Assembly (NCBI GenBank): GCA_002269645.1
Contig: NIVC01002447.1
Coordinates: 1-64,000, forward strand
DNA: 64,000 bases
Source of the DNA: Macrostomum lignano
Lineage: Eukaryota
Reading direction: 5' to 3'
Shown here: positions 1 to 12,300 of the stretch, in pieces
Layout of the letters: the number at the start of each line of letters is the position of its first letter
Position numbering within the stretch: the stretch's first letter is position 1
Program-made: the position numbers and the translations under genes
Notes under the pieces: model-generated
Told to the model about the DNA's origin: nothing
Database searches by the model: none
Seen by the model: the letters and a program-made list of their open reading frames with translations, nothing else

Positions 1-641
1 GCTCCAGCTTCGATCAGGCGTTCAACAACGGACAAATAGCCACTCCATGCCGCCGTGTACAGCGGCGTCTGGTTGTGATAGTCAGCCAGTTCCGTGTTTG
101 CTCCCGCCGTGATCAGCAGCTCCACAATGTCCAGGTTGTTGTTCTCAGCTGCGATGAACAGCGGTGTCGACTGGGTCTCGAGGCGGCGCGGATCCAGCTC
201 GCAGCCGGCCTGCACAAGTCGCTCGACCGCTTCGAAGTGTCCGTTCTGAGCCGCGACCCACAGAGGCGCGGTGCCGTCGGTTTCTGGCTGATCGGGCGCG
301 GCGCCAGCGTCCAAAAGCCGCTGGATGAGGCCTGCGTTTCCGTACTGAGAGGCAATGTACAGCGGCGTTGTGCATTGACGTTACCGCAATTTACGTCGGC
401 TTTGGCCTGAATGAGTCGCCGGACCATGCCGCCGTGGCCCTGCTGAGTTGCGATGAGCAGTGGGGTGCCGCCGTTTTGCTGCGGCAGGTTCACGTCCGCC
501 TGGGCCACCAGGAGCCGCTCGGCAGCTGCGCAGTGGTCATTCTGAGCGGCCATGTAAAGCGGACTGAAGCCGTCCACCTCCGTGTGATCGATGTCAGCTC
601 CAAAACGGGCCAGCAAGTCGACGACTCTTGCGTGTCCTTCT
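1..641 (-). CDS. Ankyrin-repeat protein, large internal exon running off the left edge; 1-bp frameshift at ~372
   Basis: CAG acceptor at 642-644. Translation gives EGHARVVDLLARFGADID..GFSPLYMAAQNDH..GGTPLLIATQQGH. After a shift at ~372 (aat gc aca acg ccg; one G short of N-G-T-T-P) it continues TPLYIASQYGN..GTAPLWVAAQNGH..STPLFIAAENNN..QTPLYTAAWSGY. At least 6 ankyrin repeats. Confidence 0.88.
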
Positions 642-1289
642 CTGCATCGATGTTTTAAAATCGTTTTCAACGAATTTTTTGCCAATTTTATTTATCTTAA
701 CTACTCGTACCCTGATACCGCTAACTACTTATGAAAATTAAAGACAGTTAAAAAATCGATTCGACCTCGAAACGCTTTCGCGGGTCGCCGCGAGTTCTCT
801 ATTTTAAAGGCTACGTTGGCAATTTTGTTATCTTCTTCTAGAATCCAAAGACCCTGGCTACAAAAATTATCAGAGTAACGGCAGAGCAACAACGCAACAC
901 GCGATGTCACGCGATCGCTGCGCGTGATATCGTGGTACTCTCTGCAGACGATGCAGGAGGTTCTGCTGCAGACGTTGTTTTTAGAAGATCTGATTGCGTA
1001 TTTTGTTGTGTTGTTGGAAATAAGCAAACCGCTGGTTTCCCAGCCCTATAGTATTTAGCCAGCCTTGCAGGACACCAGTAAAGCCCAGAGCCGACTGCAA
1101 TCTTAATCTTATCACAGAACAGCAGATTAGAAACCAGCTGGGAGCGAAACCAAAAAAAATCTATATGGGAATATAGCCCAGCTTCTAGACTTGAAATTTG
1201 ACATTCAAGCTATCTGAAGCTCTCGAAGGCTTTTTTCTAAGGAAAAAGATGGTTAAAAGGATTATTGTTAAAGCATAACAACAACAACA

Positions 1290-1715
1290 GAATACGCTGT
1301 CAGCGTCTCAGGCGCGCGCTTCAAGGCCAGGCCGCGAATGAACGCCACGCCGCCAGCCGAATCCGGGGCGCCGGCGTCAGCTAGCAGGCAGTTGATGAAA
1401 AGCTGAGTGCGCGCCTGTCCCCGCCGGTAGGGGGCCTGCAGCGTTAGCAATAGCACCTCCTGCATCGGCTGTGGGCAGTACGACTCGGCGCGGATGATGA
1501 GCAAATCTCCGATTCAGTTTTTGCTCCTCTGTTTAGCCCAGAAATGCATAAGAATGGGATGTTCTCACCTGGCAGCTACGTAGACGGGAGTCTCTCTGGT
1601 GTCGGCCTCGCAGCATTCGGGCGAAACCCCGCCAGCAGTAGCCGACGTGCCTCTTGACGTCTCCCATTTCGCAGGCCGACAGCAGCCGTAGATGCTCTAG
1701 GCTGATGCTCATCGT
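1290..1715 (-). other. Possible upstream exons (or decayed exons) of the ankyrin gene
   Basis: Two GC-rich coding-like blocks: MSISLEHLRLLSACEMGDV..RSCQ ending at a GTGAGA donor at 1568, and LIIRAESY..ETLTAY. I could not join them in frame with canonical splice sites. Confidence 0.3.
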
Positions 1716-2789
1716 AAGCAGCAGTCGTGAGTACCTTGCTATTCTAGCGAGCAAGTAGCAGTGATTAACGCATTACCTTACTTATCAGCAAATTTCATGC
1801 TTAATTATAACCGCTCGCCAGTTAAGTTGGCTTTAGTACCTTGTAGAAAGCGAGAGACATAATCGCTTGGCTATTATGTGCGCGCCCGCTGCCACCTACT
1901 GTACAGCCACAGCCCAACGCGTGCACTTTGAATCTACAGTGAGCGTTTCTATTTTAATCCTCTTGCCTCAGTACAGCTGGTAAATGTACTGAGTTACATA
2001 CTGTGGTATTTTATAAGCAGAAGAAATTTGTCATTCCGACTCCAATTGCAATTTAATGCTAGCCTTAGGATCTCTCAGTAGTATAGGTAGTAACGTAGAT
2101 GAGGCACTTGAAAACACGTCCTATGGGTATAGCACATTGATAAAAACGAACACTGTTTTTGAAATGTTTCAATTTGGACTCATCCTCTGAGTTTCTTAAT
2201 CAGTACCGACAGCAGAGCTAGTTCAGCGCTTGAAGTGATAAAGTAGTATCGCGTATTACAAATATCAGTATCAGCTGCAGCTTAGTAAAATATCTATATA
2301 ACAAATTGATTTTCACTTCCACTTGAATCTAGAAAAAACTTGAATTGCAGCCGTGCCTTCTCCTCTAATTATCTGTCATGGATCTGACAGCTTCCTTATT
2401 TAGGAAATGTCAAGACAAGTTCGAAGCCGGTGACATTTGCCACGGGAGTTGAGGATGCGAGAATAATAGGGTTACAGCGCGGTGTTTTGACGTCATCACC
2501 CCGTGTGAAACCCTTCCCTTCAGAACCGATCTTTCTACATGTACCTGGGGTAACTCCACGAGAGTCTACATGTACGTCAGGGGTCGGCAAACTCCGACCC
2601 GCAAAGCTTAAGCCTCTGTATCCGACCCTCGGGCCCTTTGAGTTGTAGCGCAGGCTTACTGCCCATTCCGCCGACTCCCCTGAGCAGGCACACAAGCGCG
2701 CGGATACGTACGCAGGCACACACTCACACAGGGAGTGTACAGCGGCCTTAACTTTATATTATCGTTTAGGCATGTAAACTTCACTGCGC

Positions 2790-2938
2790 CTTGGGGGTTG
2801 GCTCTCAAGGCCGTTTATTGCACGAGCAGAGCCAAGCAGAGATTCCAATTCAGCCCCAAATTAATGTGACTGCACTTGGAATCGAGCCTGGGTCGCTGGC
2901 ACACCAGAGCAGCTGCGCTACCGCTGGGCTACGGCCCC
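2790..2938 (-). mobile_element. tRNA-derived SINE fragment (a different family from the CORE-type copies)
   Basis: Minus strand 2935-2878 reads GCCGTAGCCCAGCGGTAGCG...CCAGGCTCGATTCC, with A-box-like and B-box-like motifs at tRNA spacing, but no complete cloverleaf. Confidence 0.55.
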
Positions 2939-4392
2939 CTTCTCTCCCTCTCTATTCTCTCTCCTCTCTCTCCTCATCTCTTCTCTCTATTCTCTCTCCT
3001 CTCTCCTTCTTAATTCCCTCCCCTCTATTTATTTCTCCCCTCTTCACATCCTGTGTCCCATACACTGCATGAAAGAGAATCGTGTCGGTCTTAAACTTTT
3101 GTCCCTGTCTTTCGTTTCCTTTGTTTTTTCCTTTTTATTTTGGCAAATGAAAATTTTAATTATTTATTGGATCGGATGGATTAAAGTGGTGTATTATAAT
3201 CTTTTAGTTGCATTGAATTCGGGTTCCGCTTTTCTACAAGTGTACCCATTAAGGTCAAAATACAATCGCATTTTACTACGACAAACTAACTGATTACAAA
3301 ACATTTTTATGTTACTGGTACATGTATTGCTATCCCTCCTCTTCGTACTTTGTTTTTTGCTCTCTTCGCTTTTCCTTTTATATACCGTAAATATTTAAAA
3401 TCTTGCAAATTCAAAATCAACAATTTCATAGAAACCATTCGTGGTTAGTTAGTCACACTCAAAGATCAAAGCCAGTTAACAAAATATACGGTCGTTTACC
3501 TTTTATTGGCCGAACAGGCTGTCTCGCCTGACCCACTTTGTTACTAACCTACTACTGCAATCACCAAACCAACTATGCAGTCTATGCTTATCCTTTGCTT
3601 CCTCATATGCTTATCGATTCAATATAGGTACTTGAACAAGTTGACCCTTTCTGTCCTCTCCTGCAGACTGCAGTCACTGAGAATTTCACACATGAGTCAT
3701 ACCCGTTGGATTCAACACTGTCACTCAACCTAATGTAGAGGCCTTTTATATAACTCATTTTAGAACTGCTCTCTCAGATATTTGCTAGGCCTAGATTTTA
3801 AAAATTTTGAAGTTCATTTCGATTTATAACTCAATTAATTACTTGTTTTTTTATTAGGCTCAATAAAATATTATAGTCTAAAGACATAGAAATAAAATCA
3901 AAATGCACTATAGATAGAGATAAATTTCATCAAGATTAGTAAATTAAAAACCAGAAATTGTTAACAATAATTTAATTAGTTTTATAAAAAATTAATTTAG
4001 GCCTAATATTTCATGACATAAGCAATGACTTAAGTCAAATAGAGTAATTAAATGCAAAGCAACAAGCAACAAAGCAAAGCAATCAAGATATACCTTAGTA
4101 GCTATAATTGGCCATAGAGGAAGTGTCAAAATGTATGCCTTTAAGCTATGCTTTAAAAGCCAATTTCCCTGGCCTTATTAGAGTCAAAAAGGGGATTTGC
4201 ATTTGCAACTTTGCATATCCTTGGGATAGAAGTAGCTAAGGGTAATGCATTTTAGTCCTTGGCTTTATCTTTGTGGGCTCTGATATTGTTCTATTTAAGC
4301 AAACTATATAGTAGTTCATAGTATAGACTCTGGGCTTTGGCCTAATATGGTAGCTAGCTAGGCCCTAGCCTAAATAATCTTTTATAGTAGCT

Positions 4393-6654
4393 ACTAGCTA
4401 GCAGGTCAAAATTTCATTTTAGTATGAAGACGCACACGTCTTTTTGCCACCAGTGAACGGGCTTCTTTTTAGACGTGGGTCTTCATACTACTTGATAAAC
4501 CTAGTTTTGTACCGATGAAAAAGAACTTTGAGAAGCTCAATAAAAATGTAAATCTCTACTTCTCCCATTTTCTCTCTTTGTTCTGTTTCTCTCCACTCTA
4601 ATCTCTCTCTAGTCTCCCCTCTCCTCTCGCTTCTAGCTCTCGTTTTATTTCTTATCTTCTCTTTAGTTTTATCTCTTCTCTATTCTCTTTCTCTCTCATC
4701 TGACCCGCAGCCATGAGCTGGAATCGAGTCTTCTATAATAGGCTTTAGAAGGCCTCAATATAAAAAAATTTCTAATGACTCCAGAGCGTAGCAGGGTTAT
4801 ATTTTGCAAAGAAAGCTATAAATAAAGTCTTTCCAAAACACTGTACATACCTACTTCAGAAGCCATATCGCCTGACTTTTTAGTCGGGGGGGGAGGATTG
4901 TACACGTAGTGACTTGGATCTTGCGCCCGACAAACTTTGTACTGGGCTTGCAATTCAAATGTGCAGTTAAAGAGCTAAATTTAATATGAAATTCTAATCA
5001 CGTGACGCCCGTTTATCGATCTAATTTCCCTTGGTTTGTGTGCGAGTCAAATGAAGCTCTATTACACGCCCTCCAAACCAAGCCGCCAAGCCCTCTCGCG
5101 TTGCCACAACCCCACTTGGAAGGGACGGGTGTGTATATTGTATGTACGATTATTCCTTCCTTTCCTTTCCTTTCCTTCCTTTCTAACCAGCTTAACTCAG
5201 CCCAATGCCAAAGCCATGCAAGCAATCACATGCAAATGCAGATTATGCAAAGCGGTATGCAGCTTAATGTGATGAATTTCGATGCAAAAAAGGCATTTTT
5301 TACATGAAAAAAACATTGAATGGTTATGAAATTCACGAAATTTGTTAAATTAACTATATGGAACACTGTGCATTGGTTTCAATGCGAAATTCCTACCATT
5401 TCCAGTTTAAATAGCCCCGGAACTAACATAAAAGTAAAAAGTCAAGTTTTCAGTTTTTTATCAATAATTTTTACCCAATGAACCGAATCTCTAGAAATTG
5501 CACACAAATGTGCCTCGTTTTTTGGGAAATCAGCCGTCATAAAAATAATGCCGTCTTATTGCGTTTTTTTGCCTGATTTCAAGCAAAATATTAAAAAATC
5601 ACTACTCTGATCGATTTCCAATCACTTTTGACACATGAGCACTTGTTGCAGACACTCAAAAACTTGGTAAATTTTAGCCAGACATTAGTACAACTCGTTG
5701 CAGTATCCGCATTTGATCTAGAAATCTTTTAAAATTTTAATCACCCATTTTTCTGGTACCCAATCAGCCAAAAATCACAAATTATCGATTTCTGATCGAT
5801 TTTTCAATCCGAAAGCAGCGAAAGCAGACGGCAGCAATTTACACCAATATAGTACAGCAACTATGCTATAGAAATTCAATATTGGCTTATTCGCACCATG
5901 TTCTCAAAATTATAATGAGCAATAATGCGAAAGTCATGTGATTTTTTGAAAAATCGATTTTTGTCAATTTTCTCAGCACTGCAGAAGCGTAGGAAAACTA
6001 AACTTTAGACACTTGTAGATATTTGCATTGCGCATCCAAATGCACTGCTTTGAAGCCAAAACTCAAAAAGCTTCGTAGGAAAAAGTGGGGAAATAATAAA
6101 ATGAGGGTCATTTTTTTACCCAAAAAACCCACCAAAACTACATAAAGATACCAAAATAAATCAAAGCGCCATATACCATTTTGTAGGAAATTTAGTTTTA
6201 CAACTTTGATCCTCAGATGTCGAAGCTGTATCTCGTAAGGTGTACCAGAATTTTGAGATCTCCTAGAAGCACTTTTGAAAAAATCGTCTTTCCAGTTAAT
6301 TTACGGCTCATTTAAAAAATCTCTGCATTTAAAAGTACATTCATTCGATAGATCTAAAAGTTTTCTATCGATCGACACCTCACTCAACTCAATTGGTGCA
6401 GTGGTTGCAAAACAGGAGCATTTTTTAGCAAAAAAACGTGAAATTTCAAAATGCATAAGAGTCTAACTTATTTACTCGTAAATACTTTCTAGCCCATGTC
6501 GGCCTTCGGCCGCCATGGGTAGAAATTATTCACTCGCCCTCGGCCCCTGGTGGGGCCTCGGGTTCTCTGGCTCTCGCCCGACGCCGCCTTTAGCGGCGCC
6601 GGGCTCGGCTCATTCACTGGTGGAACTAGCTAGCAGGTCAAAATTTCATTTTAG
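4393..6654. mobile_element. ~2.2-kb composite insertion bounded by a perfect 30-bp direct repeat
   Basis: actagctagcaggtcaaaatttcattttag occurs at 4393-4422 and 6625-6654. There are hairpins at both inner ends (4420-4490; 6486-6525 and 6576-6604). The interior is AT-rich and non-coding. Confidence 0.5.
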
Positions 6655-8137
6655 GCAGGCTCCACACTCAAGATGCTATTATTTTTCCTAGAGAATTCTG
6701 GCATGCAGAAGCTTTTTTAGTTTAATATATTACATTGGCACATATAGCATAAGTGGCATAGTTGTAGTGCATGAAAAATGAAAAAAATGAAAAAATGTTC
6801 TAGCGCATAGTTGACATGATCTTGCCTATAGGACAGGCCTAGGCTATAGTGCATACCAAATTCTGGGTATGATATTTTAGTGTGCAACATCTAGCTATTT
6901 TTAGGTATTAGGCCCAACCCAAACTGCCAGTCTTAAAATAATGTACTAAAGTAGAACAGTCGCAGTGGCTGCCTTGGTCCTATCATTAAGAGCCTTATAT
7001 CACAAAAAATCATAATAGGCCCCCTAGCAAGTGCACTAAGTATAAGACAGCCTAGCTAGCCCATGCTATAGAAAATTTCTAGCATAAATCTATAAAAGTA
7101 TATAGAAATGCATAAGTTTAGAATGCAATTGTAGAAAAAAGGGTCTTATTCTTAATAGCATCTTGGTACATGATCTAATCAAGACGTTAGTCTTCTACAT
7201 ATTTTCAGCATGAGGTTGGCTCTTTTTGACACTTTTGTCAAGCTATCTAGCTATCATTGAGCATTTTAACTTTAAAATAAAAATAGAGGTTATCTTGAGG
7301 CTAAGCACAGAGATATTTCTTTGGACATTGCCAACTCATGCAGGGTTTAAGTGAGATGCCATTGCTAGCATCCACATGTAAATCAGATAGGCTAGTCTTA
7401 AGCACCTAGTCTAATGCTATTATAAATAGAAAATAGACCAAACTTGTCTGACAAACTATCTAGTATGACTTCCATAGCACTAGGATCTGGGTTTTTTTAA
7501 GATTGGAAATCCAGTTGCCAACTAGCCCTTTTGGCTTAAAATTCAATTGCCAATGGCTATTTTTGGTTGCCATTGGCAACTAGCCAAATTCTCAAGGATG
7601 GATATTTCCAATGCTACATTTGAAGAGCAGAAATTGGTTCTCTCAACTATAAAATTGCTATCTATACTGCAAACAATAACAAACTAACAATTCCATTATA
7701 CCAATTTTTATGGCACTTTTATTACACCTACAAAATCCTTTTTTTTAAAAAGGCAACTGGATTGGGGGAAATAAAGTTGCCAGATTGGTCTCGAATACCA
7801 AAAATCCAGTTGCCAATGAAATTTTCAAGGGACCGAAAACCCCTGTATGGCCCAAAAAACCTAGACTAGGATTTTGTTATATCCATAAGGAATAAAATGA
7901 TTAAACAGCACTATTAATTTAAATAGCATTAAAATACATAATTTATTGATTCTAAATGATTTAATATATATTTCAATAAAATTCATTTTTATCAACTGAT
8001 AAGGTTTCAATGAACATTGATACATTTTTACTTCCTAAAGCAAGGGAAAGTCCTGTTTTATAAGTGCTTTTATTTATAAATTGTTCATTTTACACATCTA
8101 TTACAGTTTGCATAAATAGCCTTTAGAGCTTATAATC

Positions 8138-9356
8138 ATGTATGGTGGCTATCAGTCAACTAAGCAAAATTTAGATCCAGTCTACAGTCAGATAATTGAC
8201 TATGTGACCAAAGGTGACGGCTCTGGCAAGGCTTATAAAAACCTGGCCACTTTTGTTGACCGCTTTGGCTCTAGAAAAGTGGGCACCCAACGGTTAGAAG
8301 ATGCCATCAGCCATCTTGTGTCAGAACTGGAGTCTCTTGGGAGCTTGAAGGTTTGTCGATTTGTTAACTGGGGTTTTTAATGCCTTTTGGCATAATGTGA
8401 TGATAATTACAGAAAATATGGAACTTGACTTAAACAGCATCCAGGGTCAAGATTCGTGTCTCGGGATGCCATAATAATAATTAATTACACCTGCCCTAAT
8501 GGGCAAATGTGCAACTGACAGCTCAGCTGCAGCTGAAGGCTACATACGGCTGTTCAGTCCAAGGACTGGGGGGTCGCCACACACACACCCTCGATTATCC
8601 CAGCTAATGCTGGCACCCATTTTACAGCTGGGTGAACTGAAGCATGAATGCAGAGAGTTAAGTGTCTTGCCCAAGGACACAGAATGTTCCGAGTAGTGAG
8701 TCGAGAATCGAACCCCCGACCTTTAAGTCAGAAGTCCGACGCTTTGACCACTAGGCCACAACCCCCAACATACCAACATCAATGTCAACATAGACCCTAG
8801 CTCGAAGTCTCAAATCTCAGATAAAACTGAGACTTGCCCCGCTCTCCCCAGGTGCACACCGAGTCATTCAGCTTCGAAGGCTGGCAGCGAGGTGCCGAAT
8901 CTGCCGAGCTCGTGGCTCCGCTGAGCAAGCGGCTGCCCATGCTCAGCCTCGGCTCCTCGGTTGGCACCGCCGCGGCTTCTGACAGCGCCGATGGCAGCAT
9001 CGAGGCCGACTGCGTTGTCGTGGAGAGCTTCAACGAGCTGGACAGGCTGGGCAAAGCTGGCATATCCGGCAAGATAGTCGTGTACAACCAGCTGTACAAG
9101 GGTTACGGCGTGTCTGTCCAGTACAGAACAGACGGCGCCAGTCGCGCTTCCAAGTACGGCGCCGTAGCCGCCCTCATTCGCTCCGTGACGCCGTTTTCCA
9201 TTGGCTCGCCGCACACCGGCATGCAGGAGTACGAGCCCGGCCTGCCTGTCCAGATTCCCGCCTGCTGCATCACCGTTGAAGACGCCGAGCTGATGCACCG
9301 CATCTACAAGTGAGTGGCAGTGCCACCTTTGCTTCCCGACAGACTGTCTGTCTGGC

Positions 9357-9389
<33 letters not shown>

Positions 9390-12300
9390 GAGTCTGTCTG
9401 ATTCTGTCGTCTGTCTGAGTCCGTCTGAGCCTTTCTGAGTCGGTCTGTCTATCTGGGTCTATCTGAGTCTGTCTGAGTCTGTCTGAGTCTGTCTGAGTGT
9501 GTCTGAGCCTGTCTGAGTCTGTCTGAGTCTGTCTGAGTCTGTCTGAGTCTGTCTGAGTCTGTCTGAGCCTGTCTGTGTCTGTCTGAGTCTGCCTGAGTCT
9601 GTTTGAGCCTGTCTGAGTGTGTCTGAGTCTGTCTGGGTCTATCTGAGTCTGTCTGAGTCTGTCTGAGTCTGTCTGAGTGTGTCTGAGTCTGTCTGATTCT
9701 GTCTGAGTCTGTCTGATTCTGTCTGAGTCTGTCTGAGTCTGTCTGAGTCTGTCTGAGTGTTTCTGAGTGTGTCTGAGCCTGTCTGAGCCTGTCTGAGTCT
9801 GTCTGAGTCTGTCTGAGTCTGTCTGAGTCTGTCTGGGTCTGTCTGAGTCTGTCTGAGTCTGTCTGAGTCTGTCTGAGTCCGTCTGAGCCTTTCTGAGTCT
9901 GTCTGAGTCTGTCTGTCTGGGTCTATCTGAGTCTGTCTGAGTCTGTCTGAGTCTGTCTGAGTCTGTCTGAGTCTGTCTGAGTCTGTCTGGGTCTATCTGA
10001 GTCTGTCTGAGTCTGTCTGAGTCTGTCTGAGTCTGTCTGAGTCTGTCTGAGTCCGTCTGAGCCTTTCTGAGTCTGTCTGAGTCTGTCTGTCTGGGTCTAT
10101 CTGAGTCTGTCTGAGTCTGTCTGAGTCTGTCTGAGTCTGTCTGAGTCTGTCTGAGTCTGTCTGGGTCTATCTGAGTCTGTCTGAGTCTGTCTGAGTCTGT
10201 CTGAGTCTGTCTGAGTCTGTCTGGGTCTATCTGGGTCTGTCTGAGTCTGTCTGAGTCTGTCTGAGTCTGTCTGAGTCTGTCTGAGTCTGTCTGGGTCTAT
10301 CTGAGTCTGTCTGAGTCTGTCTGAGTCTGTCTGGGTCTATCTGAGTCTGTCTGAGTCTGTCTGAGTCTGTCTGAGTCTGTCTGAGTCTGTCTGAGTCTGT
10401 CTGGGTCTATCTGAGTCTGTCTGAGTCTGTCTGAGTCTGTCTGAGTCTGTCTGAGTCCGTCTGAGCCTTTCTGAGTCTGTCTGAGTCTGTCTGTCTGGGT
10501 CTATCTGAGTCTGTCTGAGTCTGTCTGAGTCTGTCTGAGTCTGTCTGAGTCTGTCTGAGTCTGTCTGAGTCTGTCTGGGTCTATCTGAGTCTGTCTGAGT
10601 CTGTCTGAGTCGGTCTGTCTGTCTGGGTCTGTCTGAGTCTGTCTGAGTCTGTCTGAGTCTATCTGAGTCTGTCTGAGTCTGTCTGAGTCCGTCTGAGCCT
10701 TTCTGAGTCTGTCTGAGCCTGTCTGAGTCTGTCTGAGTCTGTCTGAGTCTGTCTGAGTCTGTCTGAGTCTGTCTGAGTCTGTCTGAGTCTGTCTGAGTCT
10801 GTCTGAGTCTGTCTGAGTCTGTCTGAGTCTGTCTGAGTCTGTCTGAGTCTGTCTGAGTATGTCTGAGCCTTTCTGAGTCTGTCTGAGTCTGTCTGTCTGG
10901 GTCTATCTGAGTCTGTCTGAGTCTGTCTGAGTCTGTCTGAGTCTATCTGAGTCTGTCTGAGTCTGTCTGAGTCTGTCTGAGTCTGTCTGAGTCTGTCTGG
11001 GTCTGTCTGAGTCTGTCTGAGTCTGTCGTAGTCTGTCTGAGTCTGTCTGAGTCTGTCTGAGTCTGTCTGGGTCTATCTGAGTCTGTCTGAGTCTGTCTGA
11101 GTCTGTCTGGGTCTATCTGAGTCTGTCTGAGTCTTTCTGAGTCTGTCTGAGTCTGTCTGAGTCTGTCTGAGTCTGTCTGAGTCTGTCTGGGTCTATCTGA
11201 GTCTGTCTGAGTCTGTCTGAGTCTGTCTGGGTCTATCTGAGTCTGTCTGAGTCTTTCTGAGTCTGTCTGAGTCTGTCTGAGTCTGTCTGAGTCTGTCTGG
11301 GTCTATCTGAGTCTGTCTGAGTCTGTCTGAGTCTGTCTGAGTCTGTCTGAGTCCGTCTGAGCCTTTCTGAGTCTGTCTGAGTCTGTCTGTCTGGGTCTAT
11401 CTGAGTCTGTCTGAGTCTGTCTGAGTCTGTCTGAGTCTGTCTGAGTCTGTATGAGTCTGTCTGAGTCTGTCTGGGTCTATCTGAGTCTGTCTGAGTCTGT
11501 CTGAGTCTGTCTGAGTCTGTCTGAGTCTGTCTGAGTCTGTCTGGGTCTGTCTGAGTCTGTCTGAGTCTGTCTGAGTCTGTCTGAGTCTGTCTGAGTCTGT
11601 CTGAGTCTGCCTAAGTCTCTGAGTCTGTCTGAGTCTGCCTGAGTCTGTCTGAGTCTGTCTGAGTCTGTCTGAGTCTGCCTGAGTCTCTGAGTCTGTCTGA
11701 GTCTGCCTGAGTCTGTCTGAGTCTGTCTGAGTCTATCTGAGTCTGTCTGAGTCTGTCTGAGTCTGTCTGAGTCTGTCTGAGTCTGTCTGGGTCTATCTGA
11801 GTCTGTCTGAGTCTGTCTGAGTCTGTCTGAGTCTGTCTGAGTCTGTCTGGGTCTATCTGAGTCTGTCTGAGTCTGTCTGAGTCTGTCTGAGTCTGTCTGA
11901 GTGTGTCTGAGCCTGTCTGAGTCTGTCTGAGTCTGTCTGAGTCGGTCTGAGTCTGTCTGAGTGTGTCTGAGCCTGTCTGAGTCTGTCTGAGCCTGTCTGT
12001 GTCTGTCTGAGTCTGCCTGAGTCTGTTTGAGCCTGTCTGAGTGTGTCTGAGTCTGTCTGGGTCTATCTGAGTCTGTCTGAGTCTGTCTGAGTCTGTCTGA
12101 GTGTGTCTGAGTCTGTCTGATTCTGTCTGAGTCTGTCTGATTCTGTCTGAGTCTGTCTGAGTCTGTCTGAGTCTGTCTGAGTGTTTCTGAGTGTGTCTGA
12201 GCCTGTCTGAGCCTGTCTGAGTCTGTCTGAGTCTGTCTGAGTCTGTCTGAGTCTGTCTGAGTCTGTCTGAGTCTGTCTGAGTGTGTCTGAGCCCGTCTGA

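Noticed and set aside
2396-2750. GC-balanced block with overlapping ORFs on both strands
   Set aside because: No recognisable protein motif, splice pattern or termini; probably a repeat fragment.
7480-7855. Possible MITE with repeated ccagttgcc/ggcaactgg motifs
   Set aside because: The termini match only loosely and no TSD could be defined.
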